From contig CAYYGZ010000009.1 in NCBI GenBank assembly GCA_964471275.1, positions 1-38,750 on the forward strand: a DNA stretch of 38,750 nucleotides, read 5' to 3'. The position numbers and the translations under genes were made by a program. This stretch comes from an uncultured bacterium (GTDB lineage: Bacteria > Latescibacterota > UBA2968). The notes beneath the pieces are model-generated. The model searched no databases. It saw only the letters and a list, made by a program, of their open reading frames with translations, and was not told where the DNA came from. The first letter of the stretch is position 1. Every line of letters starts with the position of its first letter. This document shows, one piece after another, positions 1 through 9,700 of this stretch.

Positions 1-151
1 TGTAACGCTTCCTTGCCAGGATGACCCCTTTCTATGTCCCATATCATACTTTAAAACGGGTACATTCTAGGGGGCAGGTCACATAAACCCGTAGATCTGG
101 GTGTTCTGGGGGATGTCGTGAGCAGAACGATGGGAGAGACCTGAGAGAAAT

Positions 152-181
152 GTCGCAGGCTCAACTCCTATCGCCCAACCA
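152..181 (+). pseudogene. Degenerate tRNA 3'-half (T-arm plus acceptor strand plus CCA), probable att-site relic
   Basis: GTCGCAGGCTCAACTCCTATCGCCCAACCA resembles a tRNA-Pro-type 3' end (GTCGCAGGTTCAAATCCTGTC...ACCA) with a few substitutions. No 5' half is visible upstream and a hairpin follows. Confidence 0.5.
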
Positions 182-190
182 TACGTAACA

Positions 191-220
191 GGGGGTTACG
201 ACAATGATGTCGTAGCCCCT
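191..220 (+). repeat. Hairpin repeat, copy 1 (GGGGGTTACGACA-ATGA-TGTCGTAGCCCCT)
   Basis: Inverted repeat followed by a T-rich tract; 24/30 identical to 1892-1921. Confidence 0.75.
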
Positions 221-338
221 TTCTGTTCAGGTCGAAGCGAGATTGACATCACACGGCACAAAGCGGTTCTTGCCATCGTATCAATCCTGGCACGTCAATC
301 CTGATCATAAACGCTCAGCCACGGGTAAAGTTCTCTCA

Positions 339-1823
339 ATGTATTCCAAAGTCGTGAAAGCGGTTGCGATCCTCCTCATTGTGCTTGTCACTCGTTTCAA
401 CGCAAGTGCTGCAGAGAAGCCGAACATTGTCTTCATCCTCTCTGACGATGTGGGCATTGGCGACATCAAGTGCTACTACGAGACTTCGAAGGTAACCACG
501 CCGAATATCGATAAACTGGCATCGGAAGGGATGCGATTCAACCAGGCCTATGCACCGGGCGCAGTTTGCTCGCCTTCGCGTTATGCTCTGCTCACGGGCG
601 CCTACCCTTGTCGTGGACCTTTGCGGGACAAGCCGGCCAGATATCACACTCCGTTGACGATCAGCCGGGACAGGCAGAGCTGGCCGCAGTTCATGCAGGG
701 GCAGGGGTACAAAACCGCGCACATCGGTAAGTGGCACTTGGGCTTTGGTGATTCGACGATTGCGAACTGGGCCGGCGAGATCAAGCCCGGCGCACCCGAG
801 GTCGGCTTCGACTATCATCTGGGGCTTCCGACGAATCACAGCGATGGCTTCAAAACTTACGTGGAAAACCACGGGTTGCTCTGGCTGAAGGACAGTGTGA
901 CCCACCTGCCTGGCAAGCCCAAGAGAGAAGACCTGACGCAGATCCGCTACGATGACGAGGTGGATTCCACGCTTACGAACAAAGCGATCGAGTTTATGAG
1001 AACGAATCGCGAGGACCCGTTCTTCATCTACCTGGCACTTGTTGCGACGCACACGCACATCACACCGCACGAGCGATTCCGCGGCACGAGCGAGATTGGG
1101 CAACTCGGAGACTATGTAAACGAACTGGACTACCACGTAGGGGAGATCATGGAGGCGCTCGAGGAACTCGGGTTGACCGACAATACGATACTGGTCTTCT
1201 CGAGCGACAATGGCGGGCAGCGTAATGATGTCCGTAACGCGGGCAAGAACCTGAATCTGCGAAGTGATACTCACGATGTCTCCGTGAAAGCAAAGACTGC
1301 GAAGACCGATGCACGTGAGAAGTTCGGACATCGTACGAATGGCGAGCTACGTGGCTACAAGGGCAGCAATTACGAAGGTGGTTTTCGGGTTCCGTTTATC
1401 GTGCGTTGGCCGGGGAGAATAGCAGAAGGGACCGAGTCTGATCAGGTTGTGACGCTTGCTGACATGTTTGCGACGAGTGCTGGTCTGCTCGGTGAAGAGT
1501 TGCCTGACTCGGCAGGAGGAGACTCCTTTGACATCAGCCCCGTTCTGTTGGGCAAGGATGCGGGTGAGCCCACACCCAGAACGGCCATACTGCAGACCGG
1601 TCATGGTCTCCTGTCCTTCAGGGATGGGGATTGGAAGCTTTGTTTCACTGAGAGGCCTGAATGGACTGGCCAGAGCGTGAAGTTCCAGGAGGCTCCCTAT
1701 GAGCTCTACAACCTTGCCGATGACCCGTTCGAGGAAGACAACCTGGCGGCGACGATGCCAGAACGCGTGTCCGATATGGAGAGCAGCCTGATGGGTCTGA
1801 TCGAGAAGGGGAGCACGCGCTAG
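339..1823 (+). CDS. Secreted arylsulfatase A-like (Cys-type, formylglycine) sulfatase
   Basis: Signal peptide from ATG339, KPNIVFILSDD, CSPSR (CxPxR), GKWHLG, SDNG, YEGGFRVPFIVRWPG and ELYNLADDP motifs. Confidence 0.93.
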   Translation: MYSKVVKAVAILLIVLVTRFNASAAEKPNIVFILSDDVGIGDIKCYYETSKVTTPNIDKLASEGMRFNQAYAPGAVCSPSRYALLTGAYPCRGPLRDKPARYHTPLTISRDRQSWPQFMQGQGYKTAHIGKWHLGFGDSTIANWAGEIKPGAPEVGFDYHLGLPTNHSDGFKTYVENHGLLWLKDSVTHLPGKPKREDLTQIRYDDEVDSTLTNKAIEFMRTNREDPFFIYLALVATHTHITPHERFRGTSEIGQLGDYVNELDYHVGEIMEALEELGLTDNTILVFSSDNGGQRNDVRNAGKNLNLRSDTHDVSVKAKTAKTDAREKFGHRTNGELRGYKGSNYEGGFRVPFIVRWPGRIAEGTESDQVVTLADMFATSAGLLGEELPDSAGGDSFDISPVLLGKDAGEPTPRTAILQTGHGLLSFRDGDWKLCFTERPEWTGQSVKFQEAPYELYNLADDPFEEDNLAATMPERVSDMESSLMGLIEKGSTR

Positions 1824-1891
1824 GTGTGTAGGCCTGTAAGTGTTTGCCAGGACATCGTAAGGGGCATCGCATCGGCCTGCAAAAATAAGAA

Positions 1892-1921
1892 GGGGGTTAC
1901 GGCAATGGCGCCGTAGCCCTC
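1892..1921 (+). repeat. Hairpin repeat, copy 2; likely also the sulfatase terminator
   Basis: GGGGGTTACGGCAATGGCGCCGTAGCCCTC followed by TTT, with a compensatory A-T to G-C change relative to copy 1. Confidence 0.75.
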
Positions 1922-2203
1922 TTTCTACGGGATATCTGCCAGTGTCCGTACCAATCGGGATGGATGTAGGATATCTTCGGCGATTCTACGGTGTCTCCCG
2001 GAGATCCTGATCGTTGTCCTCGGTGCGGCTAGTCTTTGGATCTGCTTGCCCCCCCCGTTTTGGGGTACTTTCCTCCTTCCGAAGTCTTCTGCGTCTCACG
2101 TCTCTTGCGTGACGTATCTGGAGCAACCGGGTGACCATACCTGTAGGCATTCAATCTCCTCCCAGTAAACGACATCCAAAGGATCCGGACTTAATACCGT
2201 GTA

Positions 2204-2563
2204 TTATACCTGGTATTGAGTCCGGATCCTTTGGATGAAGAAGTGGCAGCGGTGGCGGGAGTTGGACCCGGCCGCTGGCTTTCGCCGATGCTCGCGCTTG
2301 TCTTGTCGAATCGCGTCTACGCCTCTCCCGTCATCCTGCTTGCACTCACGAGCTGTCATCTTGGGACCGACCGTTTCCAATAGCAGCAACCGCACTCTCT
2401 CGAGACGCCTCAGGATCTTCTCGACGCGAGGGCGCAGAGCACTATCGCTCGGTATGGCAAGACTGAGCAACTGAACCTTGCCCTGCGCCACGGTCATCAC
2501 ATTGTTGATCTTGTGGATTCGATAGATCTTCTCGTCGTCGCCCAATCTTGTCTCTCGCCTCAA
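2204..2563 (-). CDS. Small protein with a stand-alone HisKA/DHp-like helix pair
   Basis: HKINNVMTVAQGKVQLL...LRPRVEKILRRLERVRLL resembles the H-box H-x-x-N-N-x-x-T-x-x-x-G-x-x-[QE]-L-L. AGAGGA lies upstream of the TTG start. No HATPase domain. Confidence 0.5.
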   Translation of the reverse strand: MRRETRLGDDEKIYRIHKINNVMTVAQGKVQLLSLAIPSDSALRPRVEKILRRLERVRLLLLETVGPKMTARECKQDDGRGVDAIRQDKREHRRKPAAGSNSRHRCHFFIQRIRTQYQV

Positions 2564-2849
2564 CGTTATCTCGGTCCTCTATCCCGCTTCCTTGCCGCTT
2601 CAGTAGCATAATGCGAAGGGGCAGGACAGACGTCTAACAGCCGTTCGCCTACCCCGTGGGGCGAAACAAGGCGGAATGATGCTCCACAAATGCCACACGA
2701 ACGGTGTCAGGCTTCTTCCTCGAGCCGGATCTGCCCGATTCGCAGACCTTGTTGTGCCCGATACACAACTGCAAATGGCGCCGAATACTGTATACTATCC
2801 AGCTGTCGCACCTGATCCAGCAATCACGCCTTTAGGGAGATGACCGACT

Positions 2850-3704
2850 ATGCTGACAGCTGTGCAGATTGAGGAATACAGGGAGCAAGGGTATCTGTCA
2901 GTGCCGGCCGTGTTGTCAGAGACCGAGGTGTTGAGGCTGCGGGAGGTAACAGACGCGTTTGTCGAGAAGTCACGCGGAGTGTCTGAGCACACGGATGTGT
3001 TTGACCTCGAGCCCGGACACTCGCCCGAAGATCCCAAGCTGCGCCGGTTGAAGGATCCTGTTGTACAGCACGAAGTGTATCGCGCAGCGTTGCATCACGA
3101 CAGGATTCTCAGAATCGTCTCTCAGTTGATCGGGTATGGCTTGAGATACAATGGCACGAAGCTGAACATGAAGCAGCCCGGCTATGGGAGCCCGGTCGAA
3201 TGGCATCAAGACTGGGCATTCTACCCGCACACGAATGACGACCTGCTCGCGGTGGGTGTCGCGATCGACGATATCACCGATGAGAATGGCCCGCTGATGG
3301 TCATTCCCGGGTCACACAAGGGACCGGTCTACGATCACCACCAGGATGGGCGCTTCTGCGGGGCGGTAACGGATTCCGAGTTCAGCGCGGAGGATGCCGT
3401 TCCCGTTCGGGTGAAGGCAGGTGGTATCTCTATCCATCACGTCCGTATCCTTCACGGATCCGTGGCGAATGTCTCGCCCTTACCGCGTCGGTTGTTGCTG
3501 TTTATGTTCTGCGCGATCGATGCCTGGCCGTTGAAAGGTATTTTAGACTACGAGGCATTCAACGACACAATCGTGCGCGGTGAGCCCTTGAATGTTCCTC
3601 GTCTAACGGACGTGCCCGTGCGTATGCCGTTGCCTCCACCCGAGAAGTCGGGGTCGATCTATGAGTCCCAAACGGTATTGAAGACATCGACATTCCGCCC
3701 GTGA
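2850..3704 (+). CDS. Phytanoyl-CoA dioxygenase (PhyH) family Fe(II)/2OG oxygenase
   Basis: Y-x-E-Q-G-Y N-terminus, WHQD (HxD), ENGPLMVIPGSH, distal HGS and RR motif; GGGAG RBS. Confidence 0.92.
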   Translation: MLTAVQIEEYREQGYLSVPAVLSETEVLRLREVTDAFVEKSRGVSEHTDVFDLEPGHSPEDPKLRRLKDPVVQHEVYRAALHHDRILRIVSQLIGYGLRYNGTKLNMKQPGYGSPVEWHQDWAFYPHTNDDLLAVGVAIDDITDENGPLMVIPGSHKGPVYDHHQDGRFCGAVTDSEFSAEDAVPVRVKAGGISIHHVRILHGSVANVSPLPRRLLLFMFCAIDAWPLKGILDYEAFNDTIVRGEPLNVPRLTDVPVRMPLPPPEKSGSIYESQTVLKTSTFRP

Positions 3705-3856
3705 TCAGGGAACGGAGTAACGGCTTCTTGAGGTCGAGCCCTCAACTCGGATCACTCCAGCTTTCAGGTGAGGCTGGGCAAACTGGACACGGTTTCAGTG
3801 GCGAGGCCTGTATCTGGCTCACTGCCGCGACCCGATTTTGTATAACTTAACTACTG

Positions 3857-4700
3857 ATGNNNNNNNNNNCGTTATATCCTGCGCGTTGAGTGTCCTGACG
3901 CCAAAGGACTCGTTTACCGGATTACCCAGGTCGTCTACGAGCACGATCTCAATATTGTGGCGAATGGAGAGTTCGTCGACGTCAAGCGCTCCCGGTTCTA
4001 TCTACGAGCCGAACTGGATGGCGAGTGTGATCTTGAGGCGATGTCTGACGAACTAAGGAAAGCTCTGTCGACCGATGCGTCGATAGATCTGGGTGTTTCG
4101 CGAATCAAGGACATCGTCTTGCTTGCGACGCGGGATACGCACTGTCTGGGTGACCTCCTTTTGCGTCACGCGTCGGATGAATTCGATGCACGAATACAGG
4201 CGGTCATCAGCAACCGTCCGGAACTGCGCGACCTCGTGCGTCGGTTTGACGTTCCCTTCCACTGTGTGCCGCACGAAGATGTCGCGCGTGATACACACGA
4301 GGAACAGGTCCTGGAGGTTGTGGCGGGCTATTCTTGCGACTACGTGGTGCTGGCCAAGTACATGCGTATACTCAGCGCCTCGTTTGTTGCTCGTTTTCTC
4401 GGTCGGATGGTCAATATCCACCACTCCTTCCTGCCCGCTTTTATCGGCGCCAATCCTTACGGCCAGGCGTTTCGACGTGGCGTAAAGATCATTGGGGCCA
4501 CGGCGCACTTCGTTACGGACGATCTCGACGAGGGCCCGATCATCGCCCAGAATGTGATCCCGATCGATCATACCCACTCCGCAGCGGACATGGCCCAGGC
4601 CGGTCGGGATGTAGAAAAGACCGTGTTGGCGCGGGCGTTGAAGCTGGTGTTCGAGGATCGGGTCTTCATCAGCGGTAATCGCACGATCATTTTCGATTAG
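3857..4700 (+). CDS. purU: Formyltetrahydrofolate deformylase (5' end spans an assembly gap)
   Basis: ATG3857, then the gap, then RYILRVECPDAKGLV (ACT domain) in frame with ORF 3957-4700. Motifs LAKYMRILS, NIHHSFLPAFIGANPY, GVKIIGATAHFVTDDLDEGPII and GRDVEK. Confidence 0.93.
3860..3869. other. Assembly gap (10 N)
   Basis: Run of N; the placeholder length breaks the purU frame. Confidence 0.99.
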
Positions 4701-4823
4701 CCTCAACTGGAAAATGGATGACCACCAAGAACACCAGGAGTGAACCCCTGGCGTAGTCTCGCTGATGTGAGGTCAGAGGCGTCACCGTTTCTCCGTGACT
4801 TCGAAGAAGGTTCCGGAGGAGAC

Positions 4824-4906
4824 CGTATCGAGAAGCCGGATTCAGGTTAGTCGGTTGCTTTGACCGGGTTCTCGATACGCCCCGCGCTGCGCGGGCCTAC
4901 TCGAAC
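4824..4906. repeat. REP-like palindromic element
   Basis: CGTATCGAGAAGCCGG (4824-4839) and CCGGGTTCTCGATACG (4864-4879) form a 15/16 inverted repeat, followed by a CCCGCGC-T-GCGCGGG hairpin and CTACTCGA. Confidence 0.65.
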
Positions 4907-4995
4907 ACATGGGGGCCTAACATCTCGCTGTCAGCACGTCCCGTCCCAGGCAGAATAGACGCGGCATTTACCGATCAGAGTTCGGAGGAAGTACA

Positions 4996-6336
4996 ATGGC
5001 AACAGAATCACTCGAACAGAAACTGAAAGCGTGGAAGACCCCGGTTGAGATGATGCAGAACGCACAGACCGGCCCCTACATCTTCCCGATCTCTCCGGAG
5101 TACAGCAACTGGCGTGACGAGCAGGAGGCGTGGTGCCAGACGGCCGTCCTCTTCGATCTCTCCAAGCACATGACGGACATCTACTTTGAGGGACCGGATT
5201 TGATGCGTCTGCTGTCCGATTTCGCGGTGAACAGTTTCAAGACATTCGCACCCAACAAGGCGAAGCAGATCGTCTGTTGTAGCGAAGAGGGCTATGTGAT
5301 AGGTGACGCGATTCTGTTCGGTCTCGCCGAAAACAAGGTCAATATCAGCGGCCGTCCATCTGTCCCGAACTGGATCGCCTACAACGCTGAAACCGGTGAC
5401 TACGATGTTACCGTTTCACGCGATAACCGGTCCGTTCAGAACGAAGCCCAGCGCAGAACCTATCGTTATCAGGTGCAAGGGCCGACTGCCGGCGCAATCC
5501 TCGAAGCCGCAACGGATGGCACAATCCCGCACATCAAGTTCTTCAACATCCGTGAAATCACAATAGCCGGGAAGAAAGTGAGCGCGCTGAATCACGGTAT
5601 GGCTCGGACACAAGGGCTGGAGGTGTGGGGACCGGCTGAGGACAGTGAGGCCGTGCGTGCGGCGCTCGTCGAGGCGGGTAGGGAGCACGGTCTGAGAGAG
5701 GTGGGCGCACGTGCATACTCAACCGTTTCGCCAGAATCCGGTTGGATACCATCTCCTATGCCCGCGCTCTACTCGGATTCGATGAAGGCCTATCGGGAAT
5801 GGCTGCCTGCGGATGGTTTCGAGGGGAGCCTGTCACTCGGCGGAAGTTTCTATTCCGACAACATCGAGGACTACTACCAGACGCCGTGGGATCTGGGGTA
5901 TGGGATGCACATTAAGTTTGACCACGATTTTCTGGGAAGAGCGGCGCTCGAGAAGATTGCGGATCAGCCGCATAGACAGAAAGTATGGCTGGTGTGGAAC
6001 GACGAGGATGCGATTCGCATCATGGCCAGCGCGTTCGGCGTCGGTGATCGCTACAAGCATCTGGAGGCGCCGGGCTCACATTACGCCGCCTGCCCTTTCG
6101 ACAGGGTTCTGCAGAACGGTAGGCTGATCGGTCTTTCTACATACAGCTGCTTTACGGTCAACGTTGGCTCCTGGTTCTCGCTGGCGATGGTGGATGAAGC
6201 GCAGGCAGTGGACGGGGGAGAGGTGACGGTCGTCTGGGGAGAAGAAGATGGTGGTACTGCCAAGCCGGTGGTGGAGCGTCACCTTCAGACCGAAGTCCGT
6301 GCGATCATTCACACCTCGCGCCCGATCGACCAGTAG
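4996..6336 (+). CDS. THF-dependent aryl O-demethylase (vanillate/syringate, LigM/DesA-like; GcvT aminomethyltransferase fold)
   Basis: EYSNWRDEQ, AVLFDLSKHM, NSFKTFAPNKAKQ, YRYQVQGP, RAYS..PESGWIPSPMPALY, IKFDHDFLGRAALE and VWGEEDGG..KP.VERH.Q.EVRA match the LigM/DesA family; GGAGG RBS. Confidence 0.88.
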   Translation: MATESLEQKLKAWKTPVEMMQNAQTGPYIFPISPEYSNWRDEQEAWCQTAVLFDLSKHMTDIYFEGPDLMRLLSDFAVNSFKTFAPNKAKQIVCCSEEGYVIGDAILFGLAENKVNISGRPSVPNWIAYNAETGDYDVTVSRDNRSVQNEAQRRTYRYQVQGPTAGAILEAATDGTIPHIKFFNIREITIAGKKVSALNHGMARTQGLEVWGPAEDSEAVRAALVEAGREHGLREVGARAYSTVSPESGWIPSPMPALYSDSMKAYREWLPADGFEGSLSLGGSFYSDNIEDYYQTPWDLGYGMHIKFDHDFLGRAALEKIADQPHRQKVWLVWNDEDAIRIMASAFGVGDRYKHLEAPGSHYAACPFDRVLQNGRLIGLSTYSCFTVNVGSWFSLAMVDEAQAVDGGEVTVVWGEEDGGTAKPVVERHLQTEVRAIIHTSRPIDQ

Positions 6337-6356
6337 TTCGGGTCTGTCAGGGAGAC

Positions 6357-6687
6357 ACGATTCCGTGGCCGTGCCTGCACGAGTTTATAGCAATAACCAC
6401 ACATCCGTGGATCTACAGACCGCCCACTCCTTCAGCGATTGCACTGACTGCTGTCGAGGTGTGGCTTTCTACACCTACTTGTGAGATGCTCGGTGAGGGT
6501 CCGGGCTATTTCAACGTGCTGAAGAACCAGATCTCGTCGGGAAGGATCGCCGGTCCGATGGTTCACGATGCTGCGTATCGCAGCTCTGTGTATTCACCAC
6601 GACGTGCAGACCTTCTGGACCGCTGACCGTGATTTCTCGCGATTCGCCTCGCTCAAAACGCACAATCCACTGGTGATGGTTCCATAG
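6357..6687 (+). pseudogene. VapC-type PIN-domain toxin remnant (5'-truncated, frameshifted)
   Basis: IPWPCLHEFIAITTHPWIYRPPTP...LGEGPGYF...GPMVHDA, then a +1 shift near 6573, then RIAALCIHHDVQTFWTADRDFSRF..LKTHNPL. The N-terminal D-T-N strand is missing. Confidence 0.8.
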
Positions 6688-6700
6688 CCATCTCTGAGAA

Positions 6701-9700
6701 TTGACCACGTCTCCCCCAAAACCTTGTCCCATCTCTGAGCTCAAGGCCCTGCTTCCGCAGTGCATGCTCCAGGATCGCGTGCGCATCCAGCGTCGGCTAA
6801 AGCGACGTCGGCGCCTCGATGCGAAGGAGATCGAGCGATACCTGAAGCAGGCACGGAACTCGGCCCGTGTACTCGAGAAGCGTCGCAAGCATCGTCCTCT
6901 TCCCACTTATCCTCCCGACCTCCCGATAACCGACCGCAAGGATGAGATCCTCGCCGCGATCAAGGCCAATCCTGTCGTCATCATCGCAGGTGAGACCGGA
7001 TCGGGGAAGAGTACGCAGCTTCCCAAGATTTGTCTGGAGGCCGGTATGGGTCAGGATGCCCGGATCGGGGTCACTCAGCCGCGTCGCGTCGCCGCTCTCT
7101 CCATCGCCCGCCGGATCGCCGAGGAGCTGGATGTCACCTATGGTCGTGACATCGGGAGCAAGATTCGATTCCGCGATCAGACGGCACCCGAGACGTGCAT
7201 CAAGGTAATGACGGATGGGATGCTGCTGGCGGAGACGCAGACCGACGCGGACCTGCTCGAATACGACACGATCATCGTCGATGAAGCCCACGAGCGCAGC
7301 CTCAACATCGATTTTCTTCTCGGCTATCTGCGGCTGCTGCGTCGCAAGCGACCGGAGCTGAAGGTTGTCATCACGTCCGCGACCATCGATACCGAGACGT
7401 TCTCGAAAGCATTCGACGGTGCGCCGATCATCGAAGTGTCCGGTCGGATGTTCCCGGTCGAGGTGCGCTACTGGCCGCTCGATGAGTTGATGCAGGATCG
7501 TGGCGACTATACATACATAGATGCCACCATCGATGCTGCCGCGAAGATCTTGGAGGAATCGCAGCAGGGCGATTTGCTCGTGTTCATGCCTTCCGAGCGT
7601 GATATACGCGAGACCCGCGAGCGACTGGAGGGCAGAAAGCTGCGTGGCGTAGAGATCCTCCCGCTCTTTGGTCGCCTGGCCGCCTCGGAGCAACAGCGAA
7701 TCTTCTCGCCCGGCGATAATCGCCGGGTTGTGGTCGCAACGAATATTGCCGAGACTTCACTCACCATCCCCCGTATCCGCTACGTGATCGATGCGGGTCT
7801 GGCTCGCCTGTCGCGCTACAACCCACGCACCCACACGCAGCGCCTGCCGATCGAAGCGATTTCGCAGAGCAGCGCCAGGCAGAGAGAGGGTCGATGCGGC
7901 CGTGTCTCCGACGGTATCTGTGTCCGGCTGTATTCGGAGCAGGACTTCCTCTCACGCCCGGAGTACACACAACCCGAGATTCAGCGCGCCAATCTTGCCG
8001 AGGTCATCCTCCGAATGATCAATCTCAATCTGGGGGAGATTGAGGCCTTTCCGTTTATCGACCCGCCGTCCAAGCAAGCCATCGCGGGAGGCCTCCAGCT
8101 TCTGCGCGTGCTTAATGCGCTTGACGATGATCGAAAGCTCACGCGGACGGGTCGCGATATGGCGCGTCTGCCGATCGACCCCACTGTTTCCCGTATGCTG
8201 CTGCAGGCTCGCGAGGAACACGCGCTCACCGAGGTGCTCGTCATCGCCTCAGCGATCAGTGTGCAAGATCCGCGCGAACGTCCCCTGGAGAAGCAGGCCG
8301 AGGCCGATCAGATGCACCGGCAGTTTCACGACATCAACAGTGACTTCCTCGCCTATCTCAAGATCTGGAGAGCCTACCACAACCAGATGGAAAACAGCTC
8401 GCAGAACCAGTTGCGTAAATTCTGCAGGGCTCACTATCTCTCCTATATGCGTATGCGTGAGTGGCGGGACATCCACGCACAGATCAAGGAGAGCCTGCGC
8501 GAGATCAAGGGTTTCCGTTTCAACAACGAGCCAGCTGCGTATGATGCGATTCACAGATCGGTTATCACTGGTCTGCTCTCGAGCGTGGCGAAAAAGACCG
8601 AGGGCAATATCTACCAGGCCGCGCGCAATCGGGAAGTGATGCTGTTCCCCGGATCGGGGCTTTTCCAACGTGACCGAAACAGACGCAAAGAAGGGCCCGA
8701 GGGAGACGGGCGAAACAAGGACAAGACTCCGGGGTGGATCGTGGCTGCTGAGATGGTCGAGACCTCACGCCTCTTTGCTCGAACGGTTGCTCGCGTACAG
8801 CCCGAATGGATCGAGGCGTTAGGAAGCCACCTCTACCGTGCCTCCTACGATCAGCCCTACTTCAACGCCCGTTCAGGTCGAGTGCTGGTCCGCGAGAAGC
8901 TCAATTTCTTCGGTTTGGAGTTGCTCACGCGGCGTATTCCCTACAATCGCATCGACGCGGATGGGGCAACTGAGATCTTCATTCGTGAGGCACTGGTGCC
9001 CGGCGCGGTGCGTACATCACACGGGTTTCTCGAGCGGAATGCGCGTCTCTGCCAGAAACTGGAAACGTGGCAATCCCGGACGAACAGCGCGCGAGCGGCC
9101 GGCGTCGACGTCGAGCAGGCCGCCTGTAAATTCTACGCCGAGCGCCTTGTAGGCGTCTCCTCTCTGCACGATCTCAATCGCTTTCTCAAGGACAAACCAG
9201 ACGGCTACCTGCTCATGGAGGAGGAGGATCTTCTGGGTGCATCGTGCTCTGCGTTCGATGAGGAAGCCTTCCCCGACGCATTCGATTTCGACGGAAAAGA
9301 ACTGGCATTGCGCTACGCCTATCGCCCGGGTCAGGACGAGGACGGTCTCACGCTCGCCGTTCCCTACAAGCTGATTCAGGCAGTCGATCCCGAGGTGCTC
9401 GAATGGCTGGTCCCGGGTCTGCTCCAGGAGAAGGTGACCTTTCTGCTGCGCTCCTTGCCCAAATCGATTCGCAAGGAACTGGTGCCGATACCCGACAAGG
9501 CAAAGGCAATCGCCTCCGAACTCAAACGAACGCATCCGACTTTTCTCGAGTCGCTCCAGGATCACGTCTACCAACGCTACCGGGTGCCGATTCGCTCGTC
9601 AGACTGGAACATTGAGGACCTACCCGAGCATCTACGAATGCGTATCGAAGTCCAGGGTACCGATGAGAGGCCTTTGGCGGCGGGAAGAGATCTGAGACAG

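Noticed and set aside
336..1331. Long antisense ORFs (also 6797-7693, 26727-27662, 29676-30713 and 22682-23392)
   Set aside because: Shadow frames of well-supported genes in GC-rich DNA, with no motifs of their own.
3705..3856. ZTP (pfl) riboswitch upstream of purU, suggested by CTGGGCAAA
   Set aside because: The GACTGGCG and CGCCTGGGC pseudoknot partners are absent; the segment is better explained as a simple hairpin.
3857..3957. purU frameshift or truncation
   Set aside because: The frame break coincides with the 10-N assembly gap.
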